A stretch of DNA of 64,000 nucleotides from Eledone cirrhosa (GCA_964016885.1 OZ024743.1:97464001-97528000); one strand, 5' to 3'; positions 28,471-42,433 are shown, counted from the stretch's first letter. Translations and numbers: made by a program. The notes: a model not told the origin generated them from the letters alone.

Positions 28471-29319
28471 GTCAAACAAAATCTAGCTTTCTAAGCCTAA
28501 TATGTACTCATTTGCATGACGGATAACATTGTAACGAGTAACATATCTCTATTGTCAGATTTTATCTCGGGAATGGCTTCTACATATTGTTTACATGAAG
28601 TAATATTTGATCCATCAGACCTATAAGTAAAGCCGTTGTAGCTTTGATCATACTTGACTACATATATAATGAGTTCGCCGAGTAACCTTGGGTCCGTGTC
28701 TTGAACTATAGTCAGGGGTTGATCAATGCCTTCTGAAGCATCTCTAGCAACTCAGTGAATGCGTTAATCACTACGCTAAAGAGCCGCTGGTCACACATTT
28801 AAGTCTGTAGCATAAAGTGTAAATATAGTGGTTGACTTCAGAAGTATTGGAAAAACGTGAAATTTGAGCTGTATGCGTTCCAGCGCAATTGAACTCGATA
28901 ATATTCGATCAATATAAATATTAGACGACAAAATCGAAAAATACCCCTGGTAGCAGAAACGTTGGGTATCAGTAAGCATCCGAGATGTGCGAAGTTCTAT
29001 TCGTCGCAGGCATATCTGTCCAGTTTTTTAGGTCTCCAGAGAACTTTACTCGATTATAGCTGCTAATATTTTTAGGTGTGTGTATGTGAGTGATGAAACT
29101 ACTGTTTAATTGTATTCCGGAACATAGCATCTTTTCAGAAATAGATCAATAAAATAAATAGCTCACTTGAAAAGTGTGCTAGGATCGATATAATTAACTA
29201 GTATCTCTTCAATTTGGTGCCATGCATCGATGCAGTATAAGGCTGAATGTATCCGGTAAAAGAATAAATAAAACCTGTCTGTTTAAATATCTAGAACTAC
29301 ATCATATATATATATATAT

Positions 29320-29563
29320 ATAGAATAGCTTTCACCGTATTTTTGACTAAAGCAATTTTAGCCTGATAATGGGGTTTAGAACCCTCAGATAAATGGAAAA
29401 AGATGAGTATTGACGTACATGTACGTCAATACTCATTTTTTTCCATTTATCTGAGGGTTCTAAACCCCATTATCAGGCTAAAATTCCATTAGTCAAAAAT
29501 ACGGTGAAAGCTATTCTATTTTCCAATTTCAAACCTGCTCACTGTTTCAAAACATACTTACTT

Positions 29564-29565
<2 letters not shown>
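29320..29565 (+). mobile_element. Near-perfect 200-bp palindrome with 46-bp tail (family P2)
   Basis: Arms meet at GTACA|TGTAC (29419/29420); (TA)n on both sides; homologue at 54062-54305 in opposite orientation. Confidence 0.9.
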
Positions 29566-29603
<38 letters not shown>

Positions 29604-29666
29604 TTATATATATATATTTATATATATATATGTGAGAAAAACCACAGACCCTACATCTCAACTCTA

Positions 29667-29702
29667 CTTTTGAAAAGCAGAAGATCTGCGAAACCAGTAA
29701 AG
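29667..29702 (+). ncRNA. Candidate minimal hammerhead, U3-A8 core variant
   Basis: CTT-TTGAAAA-GCAGA-AGA-TCTGC-GAAA-CCAG-TA-AAG in a segment between TA tracts; helix I is short. Confidence 0.6.
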
Positions 29703-29844
29703 GAACCAAAAAATATATATTTTTTTTTTAAATAAGACTAGACTCCAGTTGCATTTTCGATTTCATCTTTTTTCCTTTATACTCTCACTCGTGTAGGACA
29801 CCTCGGTTATTTTTCATTTTGTAAAAAAAACTCACTTTCTAATA

Positions 29845-29935
<91 letters not shown>

Positions 29936-30085
29936 GAGAACATTTGATCCGAAGTTATTAGAAGTGTCAGACGAACCTGCAGGTCGGAATCAGACAGATC
30001 CACACAATGAACGTGTCTCGAGCTGTCTGCCAGCGAAACAATTGTTACACACAATAAATTGAGTTAAGATACATGACTGTATTTC

Positions 30086-30090
<5 letters not shown>
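29936..30090. mobile_element. Single-arm copy of family P1
   Basis: Reverse complement aligns with 16758-16915; (TA)n on both sides. Confidence 0.88.
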
Positions 30091-30149
<59 letters not shown>

Positions 30150-30932
30150 GTATCTATACTTTTCAAAACCCAAGTGATAGCTATTCGTATTGTAACCGGT
30201 AGAGCGACCACCGTAAACAGGGCTCCCTTGATATCGAAGTAATTCTAAAGTGACTTAAAATATATCATACAAAGTATATCTGGTTTTCTTTTTATTACTT
30301 TATTCTATGAAACTGATAATTACCTATTGCCCTATAGTATTCATCAGTCACTTAGCACTTAAAATTTACAGATCATTTGCTAGGTTCAATCGCCAACTAT
30401 AAAAACAGATAAACAAGTTAGATTAGGTAACATGAATTAACATGTTATCTGCACATATATTCATCTGTGAAATTGCTTTTACTTCAGATCCAATGTATTA
30501 TTTTGCTTTAGTTTTTGACATGACTCTTGTTTTATTCATGTCTTTGTGTGATCTTATTTACTCTTCACATACATACACACACACATCCACATACACATAA
30601 ACACATATACACATACACGCACTCACACACACATACACACTCACACACACATACTGATACACATACGCATACATACTCATACACACACTCTCACACACTC
30701 ACAAACACATATACACACACACACTCAGACATATACATATATTTATTTATATGTGTATATCGATTGGTAGATAGATAGGTAGATATACGTAAATATCTGT
30801 GTGTGTGTGTATATATGTATAAATAAATACACACACACATATATGTATAATATAAATATATATTCACACACGCCTATATGTATGTATATATATATATATG
30901 TATATATACATGCATACACGCAGTCAAATACG

Positions 30933-30986
<54 letters not shown>

Positions 30987-31606
30987 TATGGTCTGAATTG
31001 AGATCTGCATAGTAATTTGTCGCTGTTGCAAGAATCCAAATTAGAGACCATGTATGTATGAATTTGATTTGGTGCCTGGATACGAGTATATATTATATAT
31101 ATATATATATGTCTGTGTGTGTGTGTGAGAGAGAGAGTGTGTGTGTGTGTGTCAGAGAGAGAGAGTGTGTGTGTGCGTGAGTGTTTGTGTGTGTGATTGT
31201 GTGTGTATGTGTGTGTGTCTGTGTGTTTGTGTGTATGGCAGGTCAAGTGCGAGCAAGTGGATGTTTTGATGTATGTTTTTGTATGTAAATCTACTAGTAT
31301 AAATTTGAGACTTTGAGATTGTGTGTGAGATTCGATCTCAATTTATGTTGCTGCTTCAGTGCATCCTAAATGTTTAAATGATATATAGCAAACATAGAAT
31401 GAAAACAAAGTAAAAGACAAATGAGAAAGAAAGAGAGGGTTAAGAAGCGAAAAGAGTGTTAAAAAATGAGGAAAAGTAACAAGACAAAGGTGGGGTTAAA
31501 TCGAACTTAATCGAAACATAACTAATTTTTCAGTTCTGCTCGAATCGTAGTCAAAATTTGAGTGCGGTTTAAATTCATAGTTTCAACCGAATTCTCAAAT
31601 AATAAT

Positions 31607-31793
31607 TATTTCTACTTTTGGCACAAGGCCAGCAATTTTCCCAGTGCATTAATGGTACTTTATTTTATCGACCCTGTACGGATGAAAAGCAAAGTTAACC
31701 TCGGTGGGATTTGAACTCAGACCGTAAAGGGCCGTAGCTCTTTGCTGCAAAGCATGGCGTCCGACCCGCTACCGATACTGCCAATCCACCACC
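31607..31793 (-). mobile_element. tRNA-derived SINE (family A)
   Basis: Reverse complement of the family consensus; flanked by AATAATAAT repeats. Confidence 0.9.
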
Positions 31794-32124
31794 GAATAAT
31801 AATGAAATATTGATATAGTTAAACCCGCGACAATAATTATATTCCTTTACGTAATTGGCCTACATTCTTTGTCTTTCGCGTGCATTTATCAAAGTACTAA
31901 TTCTTTCTTTATCATATTTCTAATGAAAATCGCGGCCTATTAATTTCAAATTCTTTTGAAAGTAATCGGCAATGTGGAGATATTCAGTAACAGAAGCAAT
32001 TTTATTATTAAATTGGCGTTCGTATCATGTTTTAACATGTCTTATAATGGGGTGTTTTTAGGTAAATGTAAACACTTTAAAATAAACAGTTTAGTATCAT
32101 TCAACCAAGGTTGGTCTCGCTTCG

Positions 32125-32177
<53 letters not shown>

Positions 32178-32411
32178 TTAAAAACACACAGATACATGCG
32201 GACACACACATATATACATGAATGCATCCGCACCCAACTGTGAGTTAAGGGTGCCAACTTCACCGATGTTGCTCAATGAATGACTGGGACAGACCAATTC
32301 AGTTTGAACCAGACTGAACCAGTATCAGAGTTAAAAATACATTATGAAGAGAGAAGAAACATTTAGATATAATTAGTAATAAAATGTATCATACCTAAAC
32401 TGTTCCTAAAT

Positions 32412-32499
32412 TCCTCGACTACGTAGTTTCGTGGCATAAACAAAAACAATATATCAAAGATATAGAGTCCTTGCGAGGTCTGCCAACTTATCAAGAGGA
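32412..32499 (-). ncRNA. Type I hammerhead, U3-A8 variant, branched helix II (copy 1)
   Basis: Reverse complement of 33710-33797. Confidence 0.82.
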
Positions 32500-33002
32500 T
32501 ACCTCATTTTACTAGTCTCAAGAACGCGTCTACACGACGTGAGAAAGAATCCCAAAAGGCGGAGGGGGAGATAGTCACGCGATATAACGGTCGAGAAACA
32601 GAGCTAAGCCTCTTATAACCACGAAGAAAATACCACGGAGGCGGAGGGGGTATTCATATCGAGGCCGTAGAAGAGGTAGTGAAGAAGGCGAGAAGTATGA
32701 GTAATGGAAGCTTTCCAGTTGTCCCCACACTTCAAAGATTGCTCGACCAGAGGGAGTTATTAATATATTTAAAAACACACAGATACATGCGGACACACAC
32801 ATATATACATGAATGCATCCGCACCCAACTGTGAGTTAAGGGTGCCAACTTCACCGATGTTGCTCAATGAATGACTGGGACAGACCAATTCAGTTTGAAC
32901 CAGACTGAACCAGTATCAGAGTTAAAAATACATTATGAAGAGAGAAGAAACATTTAGATATAATTAGTAATAAAATGTATCATACCTAAACTGTTCCTAA
33001 AT

Positions 33003-33090
33003 TCCTCGACTACGTAGTTTCGTGGCATAAACAAAAACAATATATCAAAGATATAGAGTCCTTGCGAGGTCTGCCAACTTATCAAGAGGA
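33003..33090 (-). ncRNA. Type I hammerhead, U3-A8 variant, branched helix II (copy 2)
   Basis: Exactly 591 bp from copy 1, same strand. Confidence 0.82.
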
Positions 33091-33709
33091 TACCTCATTT
33101 TACTAGTCTCAAGAACGCGTCTACACGACGTGAGAAAGAATCCCAAAAGGCGGAGGGGGAGATATATATTGTTTTTGTTTATGCCACGAAACTACGTAGT
33201 CGAGGAATTTAGGAACAGTTTAGGTATGATACATTTTATTACTAATTATATCTAAATGTTTCTTCTCTCTTCATAATGTATTTTTAACTCTGATACTGGT
33301 TCAGTCTGGTTCAAACTGAATTGGTCTGTCCCAGTCATTCATTGAGCAACATCGGTGAAGTTGGCACCCTTAACTCACAGTTGGGTGCGGATGCATTCAT
33401 GTATATATGTGTGTGTCCGCATGTATCTGTGTGTTTTTAAATATATTAATAACTCCCTCTGGTCGAGCAATCTTTGAAGTGTGGGGACAACTGGAAAGCT
33501 TCCATTACTCATACTTCTCGCCTTCTTCACTACCTCTTCTACGGCCTCGATATGAATACCCCCTCCGCCTCCGTGGTATTTTCTTCGTGGTTATAAGAGG
33601 CTTAGCTCTGTTTCTCGACCGTTATATCGCGTGACTATCTCCCCCTCCGCCTTTTGGGATTCTTTCTCACGTCGTGTAGACGCGTTCTTGAGACTAGTAA
33701 AATGAGGTA

Positions 33710-33797
33710 TCCTCTTGATAAGTTGGCAGACCTCGCAAGGACTCTATATCTTTGATATATTGTTTTTGTTTATGCCACGAAACTACGTAGTCGAGGA
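33710..33797 (+). ncRNA. Type I hammerhead, U3-A8 variant, branched helix II (copy 3)
   Basis: TCCTC-TTGATAA(33715)-GTTGGCA..TGCCAC-GAAA(33779)-CTACGTAG-TC-GAGGA; GUC triplet and palindromic ACTACGTAGT. Confidence 0.82.
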
Positions 33798-35360
33798 ATT
33801 TAGGAACAGTTTAGGTATGATACATTTTATTACTAATTATATCTAAATGTTTCTTCTCTCTTCATAATGTATATATATATATATATATATTTAAAAGAAT
33901 AGAGGTGTAACACACAGAAATAGCTGTCGAAACGGCTTGAGTTTTGCCGTCGCGGTTCTGACTCTTTTCCTATTACCCACTCTACTATCCAAAGCATCGA
34001 GTACTCAGGTGCGTTATGGTCCACCTGGTTGCTTACCACACTTCCTTCGTTATATATATATATATTGTGTGTGTGTGAGTGTGTGTGCGTACGTGCGCGC
34101 GTGTGTGTGTAAGTATGTGTCTTTGTGTGTTTGCGTCTGTGTGTTTCGTTGTCAAATACACGACGGTGTCTGGCGTCTACATATTCTTAGTATATATTCC
34201 AGTAGTTATCTTTAGATTGGGGCTGGTAAGATTTCAAAGCATACACGCACAGTATCACTCCCTGAAGCGATCATAAATAGATTAAATTTAAATAGTGGAT
34301 AGTAGCCTTTTAAATTCATCCTCATGAATGTATATTATTTGTCTTCACCACTAAGCTTTAACGTTTAGATTAAACCATTTAAGTGTTATTAGATATTCTT
34401 TTAGAACTATTTATTAATTCTCATACGAAATGCAAACTCATTTTCATTTTAATTAGATATTTCCTAACCATTCCTTGTATATTTATAATACTTCTAAATC
34501 ATGTTGTTGATGTGCACACTAGGATCAAAAGAGTCACAGCTCCGAACTTCCTCACTTTTAAGCGGAATCAAGTCTTGCATTGTGCAATGTTTTATTTTTT
34601 CTTTATTTGTTTAGATTGTGTAATTAGATGTAGATTCATTTGCTGATTCTGACAGGTTAACTGACCACGAAGTAGCTCTGTCACTATCTCTAAACTACTT
34701 ACTTACTGAATATAGTATATCAATATTAGTATAGGTATTTTCCTTCATCTATATAAGAATCTATATACACCTCGTTATCGAAGGGATTTTGACTAATGAT
34801 AAATGTTGTGAAATAAATATTTTTGCATAATAACATCATGACGGATATATATGGTATGTTCTGTCATAATACTTCTATAAATTCTTTAACAGTTCTCTGC
34901 GTTTTGTTACTAGCGTGATGATACAATCTGAGTTTATTTGAACTATTGATCATAATCGACTATAAATGATGGTCATATATTTTTACGGCCTGTCAAATTT
35001 ACTTTCTCCACCTGTCTGACTGCCTGTAACATTTTATATCAACCTAACAAGACATCAACTGTGATTTCTTATCAGAAACGATTTTCTCCCCTCCTTCATA
35101 CTTAATATACGGGGTTCTTTTTATTGACTGCTAAGTTGAAATCTTTAGAAAATATCAGTGATTTCAAGTGAAGCAATAAGAAGCATGAATAATGCTGCTT
35201 GGTTGAATAATTAGAGCAGAACCAGACACACAAACCGATCGCTGGCAATTTCTAATGACACTATCTTTTATCTCGTATCTATTACTGGTTTTAGAACGCA
35301 GCCATACTGGATCACTGACACAAGACACAAACCACTGACATTCAAACATAAAGATTCCTG

Positions 35361-35406
<46 letters not shown>

Positions 35407-35420
35407 TGTGTGTGTGTGTA

Positions 35421-35494
<74 letters not shown>

Positions 35495-35999
35495 ACTCAC
35501 AAGGCCTGGGATCAACTGGAGGCCGTAATAAAACCCACTTGCTCAAGGAGGGTGTCTAACAGCGGAAATGAGTCTCAAGCGGGATACTTACGGTGCGAAA
35601 TCTTTAACCAGTCATGCCCGCACCTATAAATACAAAACCAAATCGTATTTCTTTATGAATACCAACGAAACACAATAATTCCATATACCACCGTCACGGT
35701 ATAGGCCGGTATAAAATTCCGGAAATTTCTTACGTTACATATCTAAGATAAAGAGGCCCACCAAATAATATACCTCCGTCCTGTCGAATAATCCCATAGA
35801 TACATGATTGTTAGTGCTTTAATCAATCCATCTCAGTAAAGAGTGGTATTTACGGTGAGATATAACTAAACGATATACCTCATAATATTAGTAAAATATG
35901 CGAAATCCAAGGCCTCATCAGGTAAGGCTCTGGAAATCGAAGTGTTAATGTGAATAATATCAAAGTACGTTAACCGGGTTTTGTTAGGGAGTTTGAGAG

Positions 36000-37170
36000 A
36001 GCTAAACCAAGTAATTAATACTTTACTATTTTCCTCCTGATTAAATATATACCGTTGTCTAACAATCATATTAGTATTCCTAAGGATAACCCTATTACTG
36101 GTCCAAATTCTGTTTTGGCGGCGTTTATGAGTCCGCAGATAAGATTGTTTATAAAATCGCCTTTTTGATCTTAAGTGGGCCTGTCTTCCAGCCAGACATT
36201 CTCATTTTTATCTTCTTTGAAGGTGTTGGCTGTCTATTTAGCCTCTTCGTTGATAGCATGGTGAAAAGCAGGTTCAGACTTTTTTTTATACTTAGAATGT
36301 ATGGTCTTGTTTAGTAGTCGGATGTATGTAGAATGATCAAGTTAGTTTCTTCTGGAACATAGCTATTTCTAACGTCATAGGTAATACTGCCAAACCTATC
36401 TTTCATTTGTATATATGTACCTTAATTCAGGAATTTCTAAATATTTGTAAGTACGTGTTCGGAGTATCTCTGGTATCTCCATTTACATAACTAACAAGAT
36501 ATTCTAGATTTTATTTGATATCCAAATATCAATTTATACTGTACATCCGTGTAATGTCTGTAGCAATGTTTTTGGTTAATTATCATTTGCTGCAACTAAC
36601 TTCATGACATCCATAAACAATGTTTCTGAATGGCTGATTGGTCACTATAATTCTGGTTTATCATGATCATTAAATATGTTAGCACCTGGCAGGTACAAAG
36701 TGGTAAGAGGTAGGATTTCTCTAATGATATTCCTTTTCAAATATTGATTGCAATTATTATTTTAATTCCCGTTTTCGTTTGCATCTAGAGATTTAATTGT
36801 TATTTACTCATGACGTGTTTAATTCATTTACCTATTATGGACATCCCGTTGCTAACGGCTAGTTTTTTTCACTATCAAATTCCATGCATTTATTTATCAT
36901 TCTCTTTATACAGATTCCGTTATGACTTTATTGACCAGTAATTGATTTTATAGCCCTATGAGTCTTTGTCTATTACATTATTTTCTTCTGAATATAATTC
37001 AATTTTCTTTCTAGTTGCTTGTTTATCCTTTAAGATTTTCTTTAGACGCTCTTTCAGAGTCATATTAAACACCCCTAGCAAATTATCTGTCCTTCTTCAA
37101 TCTCAAAACAGAGATTTAGAGATGTTATCAATTTCTAGGCTATATATAAGCGAAAGTGTTAAATATTGAT
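36000..37170 (-). mobile_element. Highly decayed RT region of an R4/Dong-like LINE
   Basis: Minus-strand remnants QLLVNKVITES, KGI..., LFMDVMKL (LFMDDLKL-like) and TYKYLEI (YKYLGI-like) in the expected order, with many stops. Confidence 0.65.
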
Positions 37171-39319
37171 GGCAAAACTGACAACACGTTACGTTGGAAA
37201 CCTATAATGATGCGACTGTCCACCAAATACGATACAAAATAAATAAGAATACAAATAACGACAAGTGAACTCGAAATAAGGGTGTGAGTGCGACTTGACT
37301 GATGTTACCCTTTATTCTCTAGTGATTTCCACACATATTGATAATATGGCATATAAACTTAACTCCAGCAAGCATAGAGTTTTTCATTTTTGCAGTAAGC
37401 CTCGGATTAATTTTAATGCCACCTACTTTTAAGGGCACATTAAAGTTATTTAAGATAACTCCAAATCTATTTCTTTACTTGAACGATAAACGGCTTAGTA
37501 AACATTGCTGGCACCATTAATCCCATCATAATTTCACTCCGAAGACATTTGTTCATGTGTTCTCAACTGACGTGCTCGTCTTAATATTTATGAATCAGAG
37601 AACGACAGAAACATCACAAGTAGACACGAATAACCTTACAACAAATATATAACCTGTATAGCTCCAACGAAAGACAGAGTAAACTGCTACGAGCAGTATA
37701 ACTTATAGATCCTGCTAGCAGTCGCCTTCATCTCTTTATTCACTTCTTATTTCCTAAATACATGATGTCTCGGCAACTTAGATCGATTTCCGATCAAAAA
37801 CGGTTGCAGCTGTTGCACTCTATTCAATTTTTTTTTCCAATTCCGAACACAATAATAAATATATACAATAATGTGGTTATACACACTATACACACAGAGA
37901 CTCGCAAACATAAACATAGACATAGCCACACAGACAGACACAACACAATATACAAATAGAATGTAAACACATGCACACACACACACCCAAACACATGCAC
38001 ACACACGCCCAAACACATGCACATACACGCCCAAACACAGACACATAAACATATACAAAAGCTTGCGTATTAACTGTAAGGTTAAACCCAGCAAATTGAT
38101 CTCATGTTCACAAAGACGAAAAAATCTATATAATTGCATTCAACATCACATACATATTTACATACATACAAGCACACATATATACATATGTATGTACATA
38201 TATATTTGCATATGTATGTGTGCATATGTAAATGTGTATATACATATATATATATGTGTGTGTGTATATGTATATATGTATGTATGCGTGCATATGTATA
38301 TGTGTATGTATATATATATACGTGTGCGTGTGTGTGTGCGTGTGTGTGTATGTATATATGTATGTATGTGTGCATAAGTATATGTATATTTACATATATA
38401 TATATGTGTGTGTATGTATGTGTATGTGTATGTGTGGAAGAGGAGGAATACATATATTATCCTTGCATGAAATGAATTTATCTCTTTGATATATCGCTGC
38501 TGTCTCTGCATTGAAATCCATGCAATATCTTTCTCACATTTTTGCATATATACACTGTATCTCACCTACAATTATTTACACTAACTCAATCATACGTACT
38601 AAATGTGTACCTATGTGAATACACATATCAAATCTGCAGTAAAACATTGTAATTATTATGTCATTAGTATCATATTTGCTTCCTTTTTCTCTGCTTAGCT
38701 GAGTTTAACTTTAACTTTATACTATTTGAACAGGGGATTGATTTGTTTATTTATTAATAATACATTTCGCAAAATCCTGTAAAGAATTAGTTCTGCAATT
38801 TTTTATTTTTATTTTCATTTAATTTCTTTTCGTCTGAGTCGTGTTTATTTACGTGTACAAGATGCTACCATTCTAAACGCCACTAAAGTAAATCTCGATA
38901 TTAAAATTATTTATTGTTAGAGTTGTCACCCATATCTTTGTTTAATTTTGTGAAGTTTATTCAGTGAAGTTTACTACACTTTAATACGTAGTTTTAATTG
39001 TTGTAAGCTATTGTAGTTTGTGTTTATTAAACTATTTCAATATCCAGTACAATCACCATAACCACATAAGGTAGAATGTTAATGCTTTGTTTCATTTAGA
39101 TAACGATAGATATCACTGGGTTTCTTTTCTGATAATTTCTGAGGGCATTAGATAAAATTTCAACATATTTTCAATTCTTTATATCTTTGACTAAATGTTA
39201 CATTTTCTGTGCAATTATCACTTTTAAAGCTTCTTATATTGGTATTCAGCTTGACATTTGATCATTTTATGTTGTGCTCCTCAGGGTTGTATATTAACTC
39301 CTCGAGAATCTTCAAACCC

Positions 39320-39583
39320 TCCTATTACCGGGCGCTCTACGACAGGTTCGCAGTCATGCCCTTGGCAGTGGAGACTTCTGGTGTCCTTGGCCCTAGGGCT
39401 ACCTTCCTATTCACCACCATAGGTGCTGAGCTGGCTAACCGCAGGTGTGAGCATTGCGAGTTGGAATGGCTCTTCCAGCGCATCTCCCTTGCCATCCTCC
39501 GGGGAAACTCCTTCTCCATCCTGTCCACCGGGGCTGTGCGGAGGCCAGCACGTGGGACTCCATTTGCTCACCATACGGATTAA
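39320..39583 (+). mobile_element. CRE-like non-LTR retrotransposon 3' end
   Basis: PLAVETSGVLGPRA..FQRISLAILRGNS resembles the CRE-clade C-terminal motif (P.AVET.G..G..A; QR.S.AI.RGN); abrupt GC-rich island. Confidence 0.82.
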
Positions 39584-41304
39584 TAAGCAAAGTTATAAAC
39601 TATTGTGTCTATCGGTTGCAAGTTGGTATCTCTCAAAATATTAATGGCAAACTTTTGTTTTATCTGAATGAATGATTGATTAGTTTATTTATTGATTTTC
39701 CGTTGTTATATCCAAACCTTCCTGGCATAGAAATAAACAGATTTATCTATTACGCGAGCTGCTGTAAATAGCACCCAAACTTCCTATATTGTTACAATGG
39801 GAATGAGACATTTTATAGTGTAGATCTACATAGATTATCCCTTACATCAGAAATGAACAGGTGACAACTTGAAAACATTTAATCAAAAGTTAGCTGCAGT
39901 TGATTATATGTGTAAATGTATTTATAGTCATATTTTAAATTAAATACACTTGATTTGAAAAAGTAATACGGGACTCCGGGGGGAGGGGGGATTATTTTAA
40001 TTCATTTGTAACTTAAGGTAAAAATCTTCTTATGTCAAATTGATTATTCTAATTTAAATAGGGACCATTTGAAATGAGTGCTTTTGTCTCATAGAACCAG
40101 AGTTGGTTTTATGAGTGTTGATATGAGAAGGGTTAAATGATGTAACAGACCAGAGGCAAATTATATAAACAGACTCGAAATAATTTATATAAACAGACGA
40201 GAAGGAATTTATATAAAACACAGCTTGAATTTATTTTCATTTCAAACTTTTCTGAGAGTGGCTTTATCTCATTATTATCATTTTTTTAAATTTTTTATTA
40301 CATTTTTGTATTTTAGAAATATTAGTCAAGGGACGGGATGGAACAGAAATGATAAATTGTCTCACTAAATGCCTTATCACATTCTTTCTAAACGTATCAA
40401 AGTCCATTTTGGCTTTTCTCCCGTTTTGCTCGACGAAATAAACAGCAGTAATATTCAGAATGGTTCAATAGATCCAAGATTTCTCCTACATGATAGAACC
40501 TCGGTAAATGACAGAAATCAATATTTTACATGTTTTTATCTTATTATTCCTTTCGTTTTTTCTTCCCAAGGTAATTTGTTTTCAAAATTCCATCTAATTA
40601 TCCAGCTATACTTTCTTTGGGTATAGCTAACGTTTAAATATCAATCAAATATCCAAATATTTTAATTGTTTTGCATTATTATAGTATGCGTTGCGAATTT
40701 CAACACTTCATTTATTAACAAAGCTAAGGAAATTATTGATCTCTACCATTTGCAAAATGTTGCAGACTTTGTCATTTAGTTCGTTAAAAAAAATAACTAT
40801 TACATGAGCTAGTTAATTTTGTTTTTGATTTTGTATTTGATTTGCTCTATTTGAATAGTCACTGAACGCTAGCTGTGTCTGTCAATGTTTTACAAATCTC
40901 CATTATTCAACGATTTGTCGGCCAAATATTCTACGTAGTAAATATTAAATGACAGAACAATCAATGACTTATTAATATTACTCTTTTCTGCATCGTTGAA
41001 GAAGAATGTGTACATTTATATCCTTATTAGAATGCATTAGATACCAAGCAAATTTACACCTAACAGCACTGCCAGTATCTTTCTTCTAGTAGACTAATTT
41101 ATAATGGATCCGTTTATTGTATGAATTTCGTTGAGTTTGGATAAACCAGTTCGAAGAAGAATTGCATTGAGTAATTTTGTCTTTTATTAACGACTGAGTA
41201 GGAATCACTTATAAGCTTCCACCATAAGAATAATTCACCTTATAGGAAATGTAAATGGAATCGTTGCTAGCATTACAAATGCAGGATGATTATTTATATT
41301 GAAA

Positions 41305-41490
41305 GGGCGGTGGATTGGCAGTATCGGTAGAGGGTCGGACGCCATGCTTTCCAGCATAGTTACGTCCCTTTACGATCTGAGTTCAAATCCCGCCGAGGTT
41401 GACTTTGCCTTTCATCCTTACGGGGTCGATAAAATAAAGTACCAGTAATGCACTGGATAATTGCTGGCCTTGTGCCTAAAGTAGAAACAT
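41305..41490 (+). mobile_element. Full-length tRNA-derived SINE (family A) with 15-bp TSD
   Basis: A-box-like TGGCAGTATCGG, B-box GAGTTCAAATCCC; TSD TTATTTATATTGAAA at 41290-41304 and 41491-41505. Confidence 0.93.
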
Positions 41491-42433
41491 TTATTTATAT
41501 TGAAATCATATAATTCATGATTTTATAAACACATTATAAATTCATCTAAATACAGTTTCATTTGTAATTTTAAAAAAACAGATGGTATACCATAGCAATT
41601 TTAGTAACTTGAAGAATAATTTAAAGCACTCGTTTAAATAAACAGTATATAACTTCTGAAAAGATTTAAACATAGCAGTACTGTATTTGTAATAGAGTTA
41701 TTAAGACCTCGCCATCAACTTTGATTATATAAATATAATTGTATTCATTGTAATTATCGCAATGGTGTTTATCTGGATTGTTTTGATGAAATATCTCGTC
41801 AATATACCGGTGATATCAATAGTTTACATTGATATTGGTAATTAAGCCACTGGATAGCCACCCCAAATCCATTATTCTTAACCTTGTGATGGGAGGTACA
41901 CGATTCCTGATGAGTACTTAATGAAATACGAAATTGTCGTTTCCATCCTCTCTTTAAAATGTGGCTTTTACTTGGGGGTTTATAGCAAGATTATACAAAA
42001 TATTTTTAAAGGATTCTGCATGCATATTTATTCATAACCCCATTGTATTGTTACTCTTGTATGTATGTATATATGTATGTGTGTATGTATTTATGTATAT
42101 ATGTATGTATGCATGTATGTATATGTGTTCTTCTGGTTTTATAATTTTATACATTTTTACCAATAAAGAGAGAGTCGGTTTCTAACATAGACACAAGACT
42201 CTCTCCCATGGAATTTACACAACATCAACTAGGTAGATTATGTCTGTATGCAGGCATGTGTAAATATGGATGTTATTGTATGTGTGGATGTGGATGTTTT
42301 GAGCTATATGTGCATATGCTTTGTATCTGTACATGAGTATATGCAGTTATTAGATGCAGAATTTTTGGAATGTTTTATATATTTTTACTGTTCCATTATT
42401 GTACTTGTAATTTCCTAACTAGTCGAGTAATTT

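Larger units (their letters stand above)
32172..33872. mobile_element. 591-bp hammerhead unit in a tandem plus inverted array (family H3)
   Basis: 32172-33164 is ~1.7 tandem units (period 591); 33164-33872 is ~1.2 units inverted; copies look identical; (TA)n on both sides. Confidence 0.93.

Noticed and set aside
33407-33634. 75-aa ORF repeated in the 591-bp unit (also 32575-32802)
   Set aside because: It starts in a TG-rich tract and has no recognisable domain; identity between copies reflects recent duplication, not coding constraint
39209-39583. 124-aa ORF with a signal-peptide-like N-terminus
   Set aside because: Chance fusion of AT-rich flank to a CRE-like LINE fragment
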